Assembly (NCBI GenBank): GCA_020348925.1
Contig: CP070758.1
Span: forward strand, 4,293,688-4,357,687
DNA from: Gemmatimonadota bacterium
Lineage (GTDB): Bacteria; JBHIER01; G020348925
DNA length: 64,000 nucleotides
Reading direction: 5' to 3'
In this document: one piece after another, positions 20,701-29,877 of the stretch
Layout of the letters: the number at the start of each line of letters is the position of its first letter
How positions within the stretch are numbered: the stretch's first letter is position 1
Program-made: the position numbers and the translations under genes
Notes under the pieces: generated by a model
Told to the model about the DNA's origin: nothing
What the model saw: only the letters and a program-made list of their open reading frames with translations
The model's database searches: none

Positions 20701-20857
20701 TCTCGGTCTGGGCGAAGGCGGCGAAACACAGGCTCCACTGGCCCGCGTCGTTATCGGGGGCCTGATCAGCTCGACGCTGATCACTCTGGTGCTGGTACCC
20801 GTGATGTACAGCATTTTCGAACAGCGATTGAAGCTCAGCAATAGATCTGTCGTATGA
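17762..20857 (+). CDS. RND efflux permease (AcrB/AcrD/AcrF family)
   Basis: 1031 aa with two periplasmic lobes. Motifs GMLVDSAIVVLENIYRH, GIVVNNAILLVD and RLRPILMTT. Confidence 0.96.
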   Translation: MSIARGPVQRPILTSILFLIVIILGVVSLSRLSIDLMPEITYPTISVITNYGNVGPQEMEELVTRPIEEALAAVQGVEEITSTSTEGRSMIRVSFDWGEELDVAANDIRDRIDRVLGRLPEDIERPMIRKFDLSAFPILIMGVSSNLDPLILRQLVEDQVKYRLERVPGVAAVDIWGGLMREIHVDLQAAQLKALGLSPDAILSALRNENRNIPAGLYDKGNLEVLIRTQGEFRTLDEIENTVVTMRQGTPIQIRDVATVADSWEEVRQIIRIDGKPGLRISINKQSGMNTVKVAEAVQIEIQRINRDLPQIQLIPLIDTSKYIRQSINNVGNATILGGILAIIILFLFLRNISSTAIIATAIPISVIATFALMYFNGFTLNIMTFGGLALGIGMLVDSAIVVLENIYRHREGGSSPKQSALDGTTEVWSAILASILTTIVVFLPVVFIRGMSGIMFQQMAYVVSFSLLCSLIVALTLIPMLSSRFLRYRPKDEVPGGGWLQKTYAMSEGTFRRIEERYRNVLGWALGHRKTVVAVTAILFVVSLVLVRFIGVELMPAADEGEVRVDLEMAVGSRLEIIDEATRTVERVVQHNVPEMESMLSRVGGGGWRSSGGHTAQVRVALVPKKERSRSSEEIANDLRRKLGGIPGLTVRTRAGQGLFLLRMGSSTTDNVSVEIRGYDLKTAHELALRVNDVIQHVSGITDTRISREEGSPEQVIRIDRQKAADLGLTVSRIGDALETAIGGTQASYFREGGKQYRILVRLSEQDRRDLEDLLDLIVINNRGEPVILRNVVAALPQEGPVRLERKDQERIITINANFTGRDMGSVISDIRDRLRSVPVPKDFAILFGGDYEEQQKAFRELLFGFILAILLVYLVMAGQFESFRDPFVVLFSIPMAIIGIVVTMILTGTIFSMQAFIGCIMLAGIVVNNAILLVDYTNQLRRKAGMNLMDAVRLGGTRRLRPILMTTMTTVLGLLPLSLGLGEGGETQAPLARVVIGGLISSTLITLVLVPVMYSIFEQRLKLSNRSVV

Positions 20858-22371
20858 TGAACAGGGAGTCTATGAAACGAGTTCTCCTCTTTTTCGCTTT
20901 CGCAGTCCAAGCGCTTTGGCCTGTAACAAGTGAGACTGAAAATCAAGGCTTGACCCCAACGGATACACTGGCATTGCGATTACAGGAATCCGTCTTGATT
21001 GCCTTAGAAAACAATCCGACAGTGACCATTCAGCGCCTCAACCCTGAAATCGCCGAAACTTACTCCCGGGAGGAGAGGGCCGACTTCGATCCCGACCTCT
21101 CTCTGTCCGCCAGTCGAAGCGAGACGAAACAGCAGCGTTTTTTGGGTTCACGTCCTGATCCCTTTGAAATGACGACAGAGCGCCTGCAATATGACCTCAG
21201 CGTGACTGAAAAGCTGCCCACAGGCACTGAGATTACTGCCGAAGCTTCGATCAGTGGCTCCATCTCCAGCATTTATACGGACCAATATACGGGAACAATC
21301 GGCCTGAGCGTCACCCAGTCGTTGTTGAGAGGATTCGGGATCGGTAATAATCTGGCAAACCTGCGCAGGGCCAAGATCGATGTCGACATCTCTCTTCTCG
21401 AACTCGAAGCCGTGGCCGAGCAGGTCGTTGCCGATGTGGAAAGAGCCTACTGGGATCTCTTTCTGGCTGAAGATGAGATGCACATTCAGCACAGGTCCCT
21501 GGAACTGGCGGAAAAGCAGTTGAGCGAATCCAGGGAGCGGGTGGCCGTGGGACGATTACCCGAACTTGAATTGGCCGCTGTTCACGCCGAAGTCGCCACG
21601 CGCCGAGAAGCCATGATCGATGCCCAAAGCCGCTATGAACAGGCCCGCCTGCACTTTCTTTTTTTATTGAACCTGCCGCAAGAGCGCAACTGGGACATCA
21701 TCCCCCTTCCCCTGGATCGGCCCTTTGTTCCCGTCGATACGTTGGATACGATTCAGAATCATGAGCACTTAGGGTTGAAGTATCGTGCTGATCTGCAGCA
21801 GGCGCAGTTGAACCTCAGGAGGAACGAACTGGACATCGCTCAAACCCGTAACGGCTTGTTGCCGCGATTGGATGTCTTTATCACGCTGGGACGAACAACC
21901 TACGCCCAGTCCTTTGGCGAGAGTCTGCCGGATGTGAAGAGCCCCTTTTACGATATATCCGCCGGCGTCAATTTCGAGTTTCCGCTGCCGAACCGTCAGG
22001 CCAGAGCGCACCATGCGCGCGCCCAATACACGCAGGACCAGCTTGAATTGGCCCTGTCGAATATGGAGCAACTGGTGCGGTGGGATGTCCGTTCGGCTTA
22101 CATCGAAGTGTTGCGATCCCGCCAACAGATCGAAGCGACCCTGGTCGCCCGCGATCTGCAGGAGAAAAAGCTGCTGGCCGAGCAGGAGAAGTTTCGGGTG
22201 GGAAAATCGACAAATTTTCTCGTCCTGCAGGCCCAGCGCGATTTCGTCGCCAGCCAGCTCGACGAAGCCCGGGCCAAGGTCGCCTATCTCGACGCTCTCG
22301 TCGATCTCTATGTGCAGGAGGGCACGCTCTTAGAACGCCGCGGGATTGAATCGTTTGTTAGCGGTCAATGA
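20854..22371 (+). CDS. TolC-family outer membrane efflux protein
   Basis: Overlaps the RND stop (ATGA). Signal peptide, ALENNP, duplicated OEP pattern, EKFRVGKSTNFLVL. Confidence 0.92.
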   Translation: MMNRESMKRVLLFFAFAVQALWPVTSETENQGLTPTDTLALRLQESVLIALENNPTVTIQRLNPEIAETYSREERADFDPDLSLSASRSETKQQRFLGSRPDPFEMTTERLQYDLSVTEKLPTGTEITAEASISGSISSIYTDQYTGTIGLSVTQSLLRGFGIGNNLANLRRAKIDVDISLLELEAVAEQVVADVERAYWDLFLAEDEMHIQHRSLELAEKQLSESRERVAVGRLPELELAAVHAEVATRREAMIDAQSRYEQARLHFLFLLNLPQERNWDIIPLPLDRPFVPVDTLDTIQNHEHLGLKYRADLQQAQLNLRRNELDIAQTRNGLLPRLDVFITLGRTTYAQSFGESLPDVKSPFYDISAGVNFEFPLPNRQARAHHARAQYTQDQLELALSNMEQLVRWDVRSAYIEVLRSRQQIEATLVARDLQEKKLLAEQEKFRVGKSTNFLVLQAQRDFVASQLDEARAKVAYLDALVDLYVQEGTLLERRGIESFVSGQ

Positions 22372-22407
22372 GAAGGACCTTCGACCTTTCATCCCACCAT
22401 ATGATTG

Positions 22408-22428
22408 CCTCGGGTATCTTACCTGAGG
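22408..22428. repeat. REP-like hairpin upstream of the RAYT-like remnant
   Basis: CCTCGGGTA-TCT-TACCTGAGG (9-bp stem, one G-T pair). Confidence 0.45.
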
Positions 22429-22473
22429 GACATAATCCATGAATTTCATAACCCATGAATTCGAGAGACTCCG

Positions 22474-22662
22474 ATGAAACGTTACCGAGCACACCTTGAT
22501 GAGATCACCTTCTACTCCTCGACTTGTACGATTGTCAGGCTTCCCGTATTTCAAGAGCCAGTCCGAAGGGAATTTGTAGAGATTGGAAGTATAGCAGTGT
22601 TGGGAATTGGCTTTTTGACGACCAATAGAGATAAACAAACTGAACGGTATTATTTCATATGA
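22474..22662 (+). pseudogene. Possible remnant of a REP-associated tyrosine transposase (RAYT)
   Basis: MKRYRAHLDEITFYSSTCTIVRLPVFQE resembles the RAYT N-terminal Y/HFxTxTIVxWLPVF motif. The HUH core is absent. Confidence 0.4.
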
Positions 22663-23098
22663 GATGGAGATCCATTAGAAGGAATTCTTAAGAGATTTTT
22701 GCCTTTCAAATTATCCGCTATCCACATCAAAACATCTATGAAAATCTGTTTTTCTGATTCCCGATCTCCATATTAATATCAAAACTCATATTTAAGGACT
22801 GACCCGACTCCTTATGTCAGAGAAGAGCACTATATATTGGGGGAGATCGATACATAGTATTGGCTTGAGAAAGGTGCGGAATAACAGAGATAACCTACAA
22901 TTTTACTCCATTAAATACAGTCTATGTTTTTGTCAAAGTGATAGAATTCGACTATAAATAATCCCTCCATTTTGAACCCTAAAATAAATTTCCCCATCTC
23001 AATAGATTTTCCTCTTGTTTTCAATCAAGAAACTGACTAACTTAAAATAGACCTGTCCAAAGCTGGATTCCTCTCAAAAGGAAGTTTGAAAGCATGTT

Positions 23099-23173
23099 AT
23101 GGTCGGTGAAACCATATCTCATTATAAAATTCTCGAGAAACTCGGCATAGGTGGCATGGTATCATTTTTTTAA
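23099..23173 (+). pseudogene. 24-codon stub of a Hanks-type Ser/Thr protein kinase
   Basis: MVGETISHYKILEKLGIGGMVSFF* matches the kinase N-terminus (ISHYKILEKLGxGGMG), then stops. Confidence 0.7.
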
Positions 23174-23229
23174 CTGAGGTTTATCATGATCACGCAAAGG
23201 TTAGTTTGTCCTCAAAAGCGATTGAGAGC

Positions 23230-23268
23230 TCCACCAAATCTTCACAAGAAATTCACAGAATCTTCATT
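23230..23268 (+). promoter_or_regulatory. Four 11-bp-period direct repeats (OmpR/PhoP-type, Pho-box-like)
   Basis: TCCACC(23230), TTCACA(23241), TTCACA(23252), TTCATT(23263). TATATT at 23288 and SD GAGGAGG at 23331. Confidence 0.6.
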
Positions 23269-23344
23269 TTCCTAACCGTGGGTGACATATATTTGTCTTT
23301 GAGAAAACTAAAGATTGGAATCACAATTAAGAGGAGGTGTAAAA

Positions 23345-26300
23345 ATGAGAAAAATTTTTAGCATTATGTTTCTGTTGGCTTTGTGCCTTGGATCACAATG
23401 GATCGCCGCACAGGAAATCCCTTCAGACGAAGAACCACTACCTCTGGAGGAACCTTTTCATATGCCCGGGAGGGTCGAGGGTACAGGCACGCATTTTGAG
23501 ATCACTGACAGCGAATACCTGAACATCACCCTGGAGAGCAGCGAGGAGATTGGGCTGGCCCTGGAGTCCGTGCCCCGGATGGTCACCATGTTCTTCGACT
23601 CCTCAACTTCCGCCACTTCAACGACCATAACCTTGAGCGGATTTACACCTGCGACGACCTATTACAAATACGAGGACAACTACCACAACCTGGAGGAGAT
23701 GACGACCGATGGAAACGGAAGCTACACGTATATCCAGGACATCTCCGCACCGCACCCGGTGTTCATCCAGCCGCAGCCGAGCACGAAGTTCATCCCGTCG
23801 GACCTCTCCATCGGCACCTGGGATCCGGTGAGCAGGATATACACCCTGACCACTGATGTGTACGAAACCATACAGATAGATGAGGACAACCTGACGCTGG
23901 ATGGGACGGGACACACGGTAACCGGACCTGGAGGGTCTGGTTACGGTGTATATCTTGATGACAGAACAGCGGTCACCTTGAAAAATCTCACGGTGCAAGG
24001 ATTTTACTATGGAATCTGCCTCTCGTCCTCCAGCAACAACACCGTGACCGGCAACACCGCCTCGAACAACAATTCCAATGGAATCTACCTCCCCTCTTCC
24101 AGCAACAACACCTTGACCGCCAATACCACCAGCTCGAACAGCCGTGGGGGAATCTATCTCACTAATAATTCCAATAGTAACACTCTGACTGCAAACACGT
24201 CCTCGAACAACCAATATGGAATCTACCTCAGCTATTCCAGCAATAACACCCTGAGCGGAAACACAATGTTGAATAATCGCTGGAACTTTTATGTTTATGG
24301 TTCTGATTCGCATTACGATCACACCATAGATAAAACCAACACCGTTGAAGGGAAACCGATCTACTACATCAAGGACGTCAGCAACCAGATTTACGATAGT
24401 ACAAACAGTATCGGGACACTTTACCTGATCAACTGCGATCATATTACCGTAAGAGACCTCGACCTTTCCAAAAACAATATTGCAGGGATCTTCCTGTGGA
24501 ATACGCACTATTCCGAGATAGATAATGTCACGGCCTCGAACAACGCCTGGGGAATCCGGCTGTGGAATTCGAGCAATAACACCCTGACCGGAAACACGAC
24601 CTCGAACGGTTCCCAAGGAATCTACCTCTTTTCATCTAGCAGCAACATCCTGAACGACAACACGGCCTCGAATAACTTCGGTGGGATCATCCTCGACAAA
24701 TCGAGCGACAACACCTTAACGGGAAACGCAGCCGATTCAAACAGCTACTATGGAATCGGTGTCTATCGAAACTCCAATAACAACAATCTGACAGATAATA
24801 CGACTCTGGATAACCAGTATGGAATCTATCTGTGGGAATATTCCGACAATAACACTCTGAGCGACAACACAGCCTCGCACAATGACTATTCTGGAATCTC
24901 GCTCAACCGGTCAAACAACAACACTCTGAATGGAAATACATCGAACTCAAACAGCAATTATGGAATCTCGCTCTATTATTCCAACGACAACACCATGACC
25001 GACAACACAGCCTCTAATAACTCAGGCGGAATGAATTTCATGCATGCCAGCGGTAATGTCCTTAACGATAACACGACGAACTCAAACCGTAACCGTGGAA
25101 TCTGGTTGCGGGATTCAAATAACAACACCATGAACGATAACACCGCCTCCTACAACGGTTATGGAATAGTAATCTGGGATTGTATTGGTAACAGTCTTAG
25201 CGGCAACCTGGCAAATTTTAACATCCTTTATGGAATCGAACTCACGTCTTCCAGCAACAACACATTGACCGGAAACATAACCAGCTCCAACGGGAGTTTT
25301 GGAATATCGCTCTGGACTTCTGATAACAACACCCTGGCTGGTAACACAGCTTCAAACAACACCTGTGGAATCCGCCTCTACAAGTCGAGCAATGGCATCT
25401 TTACTGGCAACACGGTCTGGAAGAACCGCTGGGGAATCTCCATGAACGACTACTATAACCAAAACAACCAGATTTACCACAACAACTTCATCGCCAACGG
25501 GACTCAGGTTGATTACGAATACAGGTATAACGTCTTCTACCTGCCCAAACCAATTGGGGGAAACTACTGGAGCGATTGGACCAGTCCTGACGATGATGGT
25601 GACGGTTTTGTGGATGTTCCGTACTACATCTATTACCGCCCACAGGATTACCTTCCCTGGACAGAAATGTTTCCGATCATGAGCCCGTATCCAGTTTCAG
25701 ACGCAGGTCCTGATCAGACAGTTCTAGTTGACGAACTGATAACCTTCGACGGATGCCAATCATATGAACCAGAGGGAGTTGTGGTCTCTTATGAATGGGA
25801 CTTTGGAGACGGGATATCAGCAACGGGCCAAGTAGCCACCCACGCTTACGATCAAGCAGGCATATATAGTACTACCTTGACAATAACAGATAACGATGGC
25901 GCCATCGCAATAGACCAGATGAAGGTTACCGTTTTGACACCTGCCGAAGCATGTGTGGATTTAATCTCTACTGTTGAGTCTATGAACCTGCAACAGGGAA
26001 TTGAGAACGGCTTGGACGCGAAGCTTGAGGCTGTACAAGATGCTCTTGTTGCCGCGAATGCAGGAGTTCGGAGCGATGCCATCAACAAGCTGGAGGCTTT
26101 TATCAATGCCGTAGAAGCCCAGAGGGGAAAACAACTGACTGACGAACAGGCCGACGAGTTAGTGGACTATGCCAACAGGATCATCGCAAACCTTGGTGGC
26201 TCACCTTCTGCTCGCGTTGTTGCAGACTTAATCCCAACAGCATTTCAACTTGCTCAAAACGCTCCCAATCCCTTCAATCCGGAAACGGAGATTGCCTTCA

Positions 26301-26500
26301 GTCTTCCTGAGAATACTGAAGTAACGATTACGGTTTATAATGTCCTTGGTCAGGAAGTGACAAGCTTGGTAAACGGGGTGCTGCCTGCAGGTAGCCATTC
26401 TGTCACATGGAACGCCACCGATTTGCCAAGCGGAGTGTACTTTTATAGGATAAACGCCAAAAGCTTCACTGCCACCAGGCGTATGGTTTTCATGAAGTAA
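23345..26500 (+). CDS. Secreted parallel beta-helix (NosD/CASH-type) protein with PKD, FIMAH-like helical domain and T9SS-A/FlgD-type CTD
   Basis: Start at 23345 behind GAGGAGG. Many GIxLxxSxNNTLxxNxxxxN repeats, GGNYWSDW, PKD (DAGPDQ...YEWDFGDG), LEAFINAVEAQRGK helix bundle, QNAPNPFNP CTD. No dockerin. Confidence 0.88.
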   Translation: MRKIFSIMFLLALCLGSQWIAAQEIPSDEEPLPLEEPFHMPGRVEGTGTHFEITDSEYLNITLESSEEIGLALESVPRMVTMFFDSSTSATSTTITLSGFTPATTYYKYEDNYHNLEEMTTDGNGSYTYIQDISAPHPVFIQPQPSTKFIPSDLSIGTWDPVSRIYTLTTDVYETIQIDEDNLTLDGTGHTVTGPGGSGYGVYLDDRTAVTLKNLTVQGFYYGICLSSSSNNTVTGNTASNNNSNGIYLPSSSNNTLTANTTSSNSRGGIYLTNNSNSNTLTANTSSNNQYGIYLSYSSNNTLSGNTMLNNRWNFYVYGSDSHYDHTIDKTNTVEGKPIYYIKDVSNQIYDSTNSIGTLYLINCDHITVRDLDLSKNNIAGIFLWNTHYSEIDNVTASNNAWGIRLWNSSNNTLTGNTTSNGSQGIYLFSSSSNILNDNTASNNFGGIILDKSSDNTLTGNAADSNSYYGIGVYRNSNNNNLTDNTTLDNQYGIYLWEYSDNNTLSDNTASHNDYSGISLNRSNNNTLNGNTSNSNSNYGISLYYSNDNTMTDNTASNNSGGMNFMHASGNVLNDNTTNSNRNRGIWLRDSNNNTMNDNTASYNGYGIVIWDCIGNSLSGNLANFNILYGIELTSSSNNTLTGNITSSNGSFGISLWTSDNNTLAGNTASNNTCGIRLYKSSNGIFTGNTVWKNRWGISMNDYYNQNNQIYHNNFIANGTQVDYEYRYNVFYLPKPIGGNYWSDWTSPDDDGDGFVDVPYYIYYRPQDYLPWTEMFPIMSPYPVSDAGPDQTVLVDELITFDGCQSYEPEGVVVSYEWDFGDGISATGQVATHAYDQAGIYSTTLTITDNDGAIAIDQMKVTVLTPAEACVDLISTVESMNLQQGIENGLDAKLEAVQDALVAANAGVRSDAINKLEAFINAVEAQRGKQLTDEQADELVDYANRIIANLGGSPSARVVADLIPTAFQLAQNAPNPFNPETEIAFSLPENTEVTITVYNVLGQEVTSLVNGVLPAGSHSVTWNATDLPSGVYFYRINAKSFTATRRMVFMK

Positions 26501-26527
26501 ATTGTGATGTGATAGTATGAAACTTTA

Positions 26528-26562
26528 AGGCCATCTCGGTTCGATCCGAGGTGGTCTTTTTT
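26528..26562 (+). terminator. Intrinsic terminator
   Basis: AGGCCATCTCGG-TTCGAT-CCGAGGTGGTCT followed by a T-run. Confidence 0.75.
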
Positions 26563-26569
26563 ATGGTAC

Positions 26570-26866
26570 GTTAAGAATAGAGATAATTTTGTCATTTTTG
26601 GGGAAATCTGGCAAGACTGTTCAAGTTCCAACACTGCATGTTTTCTTTGATAACCCATACTTTTGAATCTTTCCATCTTCTTCTATAGGTAGTGTTAAAT
26701 TTTCCTCCTTTGTATCTCAGACCTTCGCATCCTAAGTTTCATGGCCCACACTCTTTGCCTGTTCAATTGCTATTTTCCCATCTTAGTAACCCTCTATTCT
26801 GTAATCTCATACTCAAATACTCAATCTTCAAGGTTTTCTCAAGGATGTTACTCCTGTCGTACAGTC
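26570..26866. repeat. Copy 2 of the diverged ~300-bp non-coding element
   Basis: Same ordered blocks and same orientation as 15602-15940. Confidence 0.7.
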
Positions 26867-26959
26867 TAATGGACAATCGAACCACGTAGGATTCGGTGTC
26901 CTATACTCGATGTGGTATGGGATTTTATTGACTAAGATTATGGATTTGAAGCCAATCTA

Positions 26960-27418
26960 TCAGTCGCCGTCTACAACTCTCAACTTGGCGTCGATGAGCT
27001 GGCCGTGGGTGAGGTCGAGGAGTTTGGAGAGCTTGTGCATGAGGGAATCTTCGTGACCATCGAGCCTGCCATCCACGTAAACGATCCGCCATACCATCTC
27101 GACGATTTCAACTCTTTCTTCTTCCGAGTAATTCCGGTTGATCAGGTTCGTGAAGTGCCACAGATCGATGCTCTCGTCTAACTCCTGCTGTGCCGTGTCC
27201 ATGAGTGCTGCGGCGTGCTCGTCCGACAGTTGATACTGTTCCTTCAGAATGGAAACGATGTGGTGCCGCTCCTCGTCGCTGAACTCACCATCAACACCGG
27301 CCATTTCGAGGAACAGGGCGCAGGTGGCGATCCGGATATCATGCCCCGTGTCTGATGGCTGGGTGGTCGCATCCCCTGTGTGGCGTTTTCCGAAAAATCT
27401 CTTCCCAAGATCTATCAT
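26960..27418 (-). CDS. TerB-family (tellurite resistance B-like) protein
   Basis: Start MIDLGKRFF behind GGAG. Motifs ALFLEMAGVDGEFSDEER and WRIVYVDGRLDGHEDSL. Confidence 0.85.
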   Translation of the reverse strand: MIDLGKRFFGKRHTGDATTQPSDTGHDIRIATCALFLEMAGVDGEFSDEERHHIVSILKEQYQLSDEHAAALMDTAQQELDESIDLWHFTNLINRNYSEEERVEIVEMVWRIVYVDGRLDGHEDSLMHKLSKLLDLTHGQLIDAKLRVVDGD

Positions 27419-27575
27419 GTCGTGCACTCCCATTTGCCTGAGCAAGTGGACGGGGTTTCGAATCATACCTGAGGGAACAATGAAGCCGTTCAGTTTCCCG
27501 TTAGAGATCTCAAATGGGGAAAGCGAAAGGAGGGTTTTTATGCTTCCATCCCGCCACAGTTGCAGTTGTTGAATG

Positions 27576-28517
27576 TTACTCTTCAATTGTCATCGTTTCT
27601 CTGATGCTCTCTTTCATTTCTGCAAGAAATATGGCCGCGTCGATTTGCTTTTTTCCCAATATGATTATGATGTCATTCAGATATGGTTCAACATGAATGG
27701 GTTTTCCTTCATCATCTATCACTGAAAAGGCACTATCGGAGTTGGCAAAATTATGGAATTTGGGATTGTTCTCGAGATGATCTCTGGCATACTCATACCA
27801 CTTCAGGCTCTCATTTTCATCGTCATATTGGAAAAGGAAAACTTCGAAAGTGCCGTAATCCCCGGTGATACCTTCTTTCACTCCAAATATATTCTCCGAA
27901 TCGAATGCATAATGGTTGACCAATCCTAAATTTCCTTTGACATATTTGATACTGTTTACATTGAGATTCTTCCTGGGCAGTAAAACCGGTAGAGGTGGTT
28001 TCTGTCCTTGAGTCTTGATTCTTGCGTCCGTGGCCTCGGCGATAGAAATAAGACCATCCATCGTTTCTCTCTCCGAATCAAATCCGGTCACTGTTACCAG
28101 AACATTTCCTTTCCAGAAATTCAGATAATATTCTTCAAGAAACGCATCATTCCCGATCCTAATTTTCTGTCCGATATCACCTTTTTTGAAAGTAAAGATA
28201 CCGTAGGCGCTGCTGGAGTCTTCCATCTCGTATAACTCAAGATTGATGGTTTTACCCTTTTTGTTTCTGTATTCTTGGGTTATGACTTGGGTAAAACCAT
28301 ATTCATGATATATTTCGGTACCACCGTTGATATACAGAAACAGGTCCTCACCCTCGAACTTTTGTGGTTGACCAACAGGTTTCCAATCTTTCAACCCGTT
28401 CGATGCGGGCAAGTAATATGAGATATATCCTCCGCCGTTTGTTTTTCTAACACAATGGCTGCCAATGAGGGAAATCATCATAAACGATGTCAGGGCAAAG
28501 AGAGGAGTGATTTTCAC
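27576..28517 (-). CDS. DUF6599-like exported/lipoprotein
   Basis: Signal peptide with Cys. Motif DLFLYINGGTEIYHEYGF...LELYEMEDSSSAYGIF. Confidence 0.7.
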   Translation of the reverse strand: MKITPLFALTSFMMISLIGSHCVRKTNGGGYISYYLPASNGLKDWKPVGQPQKFEGEDLFLYINGGTEIYHEYGFTQVITQEYRNKKGKTINLELYEMEDSSSAYGIFTFKKGDIGQKIRIGNDAFLEEYYLNFWKGNVLVTVTGFDSERETMDGLISIAEATDARIKTQGQKPPLPVLLPRKNLNVNSIKYVKGNLGLVNHYAFDSENIFGVKEGITGDYGTFEVFLFQYDDENESLKWYEYARDHLENNPKFHNFANSDSAFSVIDDEGKPIHVEPYLNDIIIILGKKQIDAAIFLAEMKESIRETMTIEE

Positions 28518-28525
28518 TATGAATT

Positions 28526-29479
28526 TTAGACCTCCAATTCTTTAATGTTCACCTTCTTCAAGCTCATCTCGCCGAGTTCGTGTTCGTAGGCTTTGTTTAT
28601 GGCTATGATGCTATCAGGCTTAAGCCCCCATAGCTGACAACAGTAAGCATCAATCGCCACCCTGTCAATTCCGGCGACCACTTTTTGCGGTTTCAATAAT
28701 TTCCCCGGGCCGAAGGGACCGTTTGTAGTGATGAATTCGGTGGCATCGACGATGCACAGATCGGGTTCTATGATCGTATTGAGATCGGCAATGCATTGAT
28801 CCAGAAACCTGATACTGTCAATATTGGTATCCCAGTCTTCCTTATGAAAACCTCTGTTGTTCTGGGGCGAATTCAGACCCATCATGTTCTTTAAGGTTCC
28901 CGTGAATTTGTTGCCTGCATGATCCTTCGTTACAGGAAGAGTGATGAACACATCGTTTTTGAAAAACTCCTTCATGATCCTGGCCTCTTTGAGTGCTTTT
29001 CCCTTTTTTACGGGAACCGGTTTAAAGAGAGATTCGTCATTTCGATTTACGAGTACCAAGTTTGCGCCCTCTTTTTTTACAGCCTTTGCCAGACCGGTGT
29101 CCTCCCAATTTTTTTCGGGCAGCCAGCTCAGACAATTGATTTCTTTCGCTCCCGCTTTCTTGCACATTCTTACCACCGCCCGGACGACGTCCGGTTTTGT
29201 GTATGTGCCCGGATTGTTTCTCTGGGCGTTGGGCAGTATGGCAACCCTGGAGTTTTTTGTGACAAAACGTTTCATTCCTCCGAACTCTTCGACAGCCCTG
29301 ATCGTGCTTTCAAAGTAGTCTTCGCCTTTTACCACGGAGATATCGACCTTTTCATCTCCGTAGAGCACGTTTGAATTTTTCAAGACAAGAGCGGACAAAA
29401 TTTTGCCTCCAACAACCGAAGAGGCACCAATGATGGCACCTTTCTGAAGAAATGAGCGGCGATCCATTTTTTCACTCAT
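28526..29479 (-). CDS. Tat-exported DUF362-family protein
   Basis: MDRRSFLQKG twin-arginine signal. Motifs LPVTKDH, TGTLKNMMG, PDLCIVDA, NGPFGPG and DRVAIDA. Confidence 0.85.
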   Translation of the reverse strand: MSEKMDRRSFLQKGAIIGASSVVGGKILSALVLKNSNVLYGDEKVDISVVKGEDYFESTIRAVEEFGGMKRFVTKNSRVAILPNAQRNNPGTYTKPDVVRAVVRMCKKAGAKEINCLSWLPEKNWEDTGLAKAVKKEGANLVLVNRNDESLFKPVPVKKGKALKEARIMKEFFKNDVFITLPVTKDHAGNKFTGTLKNMMGLNSPQNNRGFHKEDWDTNIDSIRFLDQCIADLNTIIEPDLCIVDATEFITTNGPFGPGKLLKPQKVVAGIDRVAIDAYCCQLWGLKPDSIIAINKAYEHELGEMSLKKVNIKELEV

Positions 29480-29877
29480 GATTCTCCTCCTGTGTGATGA
29501 CTCTAATCATGTTTTTAAGTAACCTATTGCTGGTATCCGGTATCTGCTGTTTCAGTGAAGGACATGCACGGACAGATCGATTTCTAAAATATTCAGTTTC
29601 TTGTTGGAATGCAAGAGAAAAGCCGATCGTGAGAGGCACAGAAATTCGGGAAGCAATGGGAGGATCCTGATACTTTCGATTCCACCACCTGGCGCAATAC
29701 CCCAAATGTTGATCCGGTCGCACGGCCATTAAGAACGGGGGATTTCGCGGTCTCCATTTATTGTCGTGCGGGAGTCGGTTGGCCAGGCTGGATTGACAGT
29801 CCCAGACGCAGCGCAACAAGGATTTGTTATATCATAGTGACACGATGATACTCGTCGGTTCTAAACGAATCAGGGGA

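Noticed and set aside
23618-24616. 332-aa minus-strand ORF
   Set aside because: It is an antisense shadow of the beta-helix repeats.
26528-26562. GGTTCGATCC as a tRNA T-loop
   Set aside because: There is no cloverleaf. It is the loop of an intrinsic terminator.
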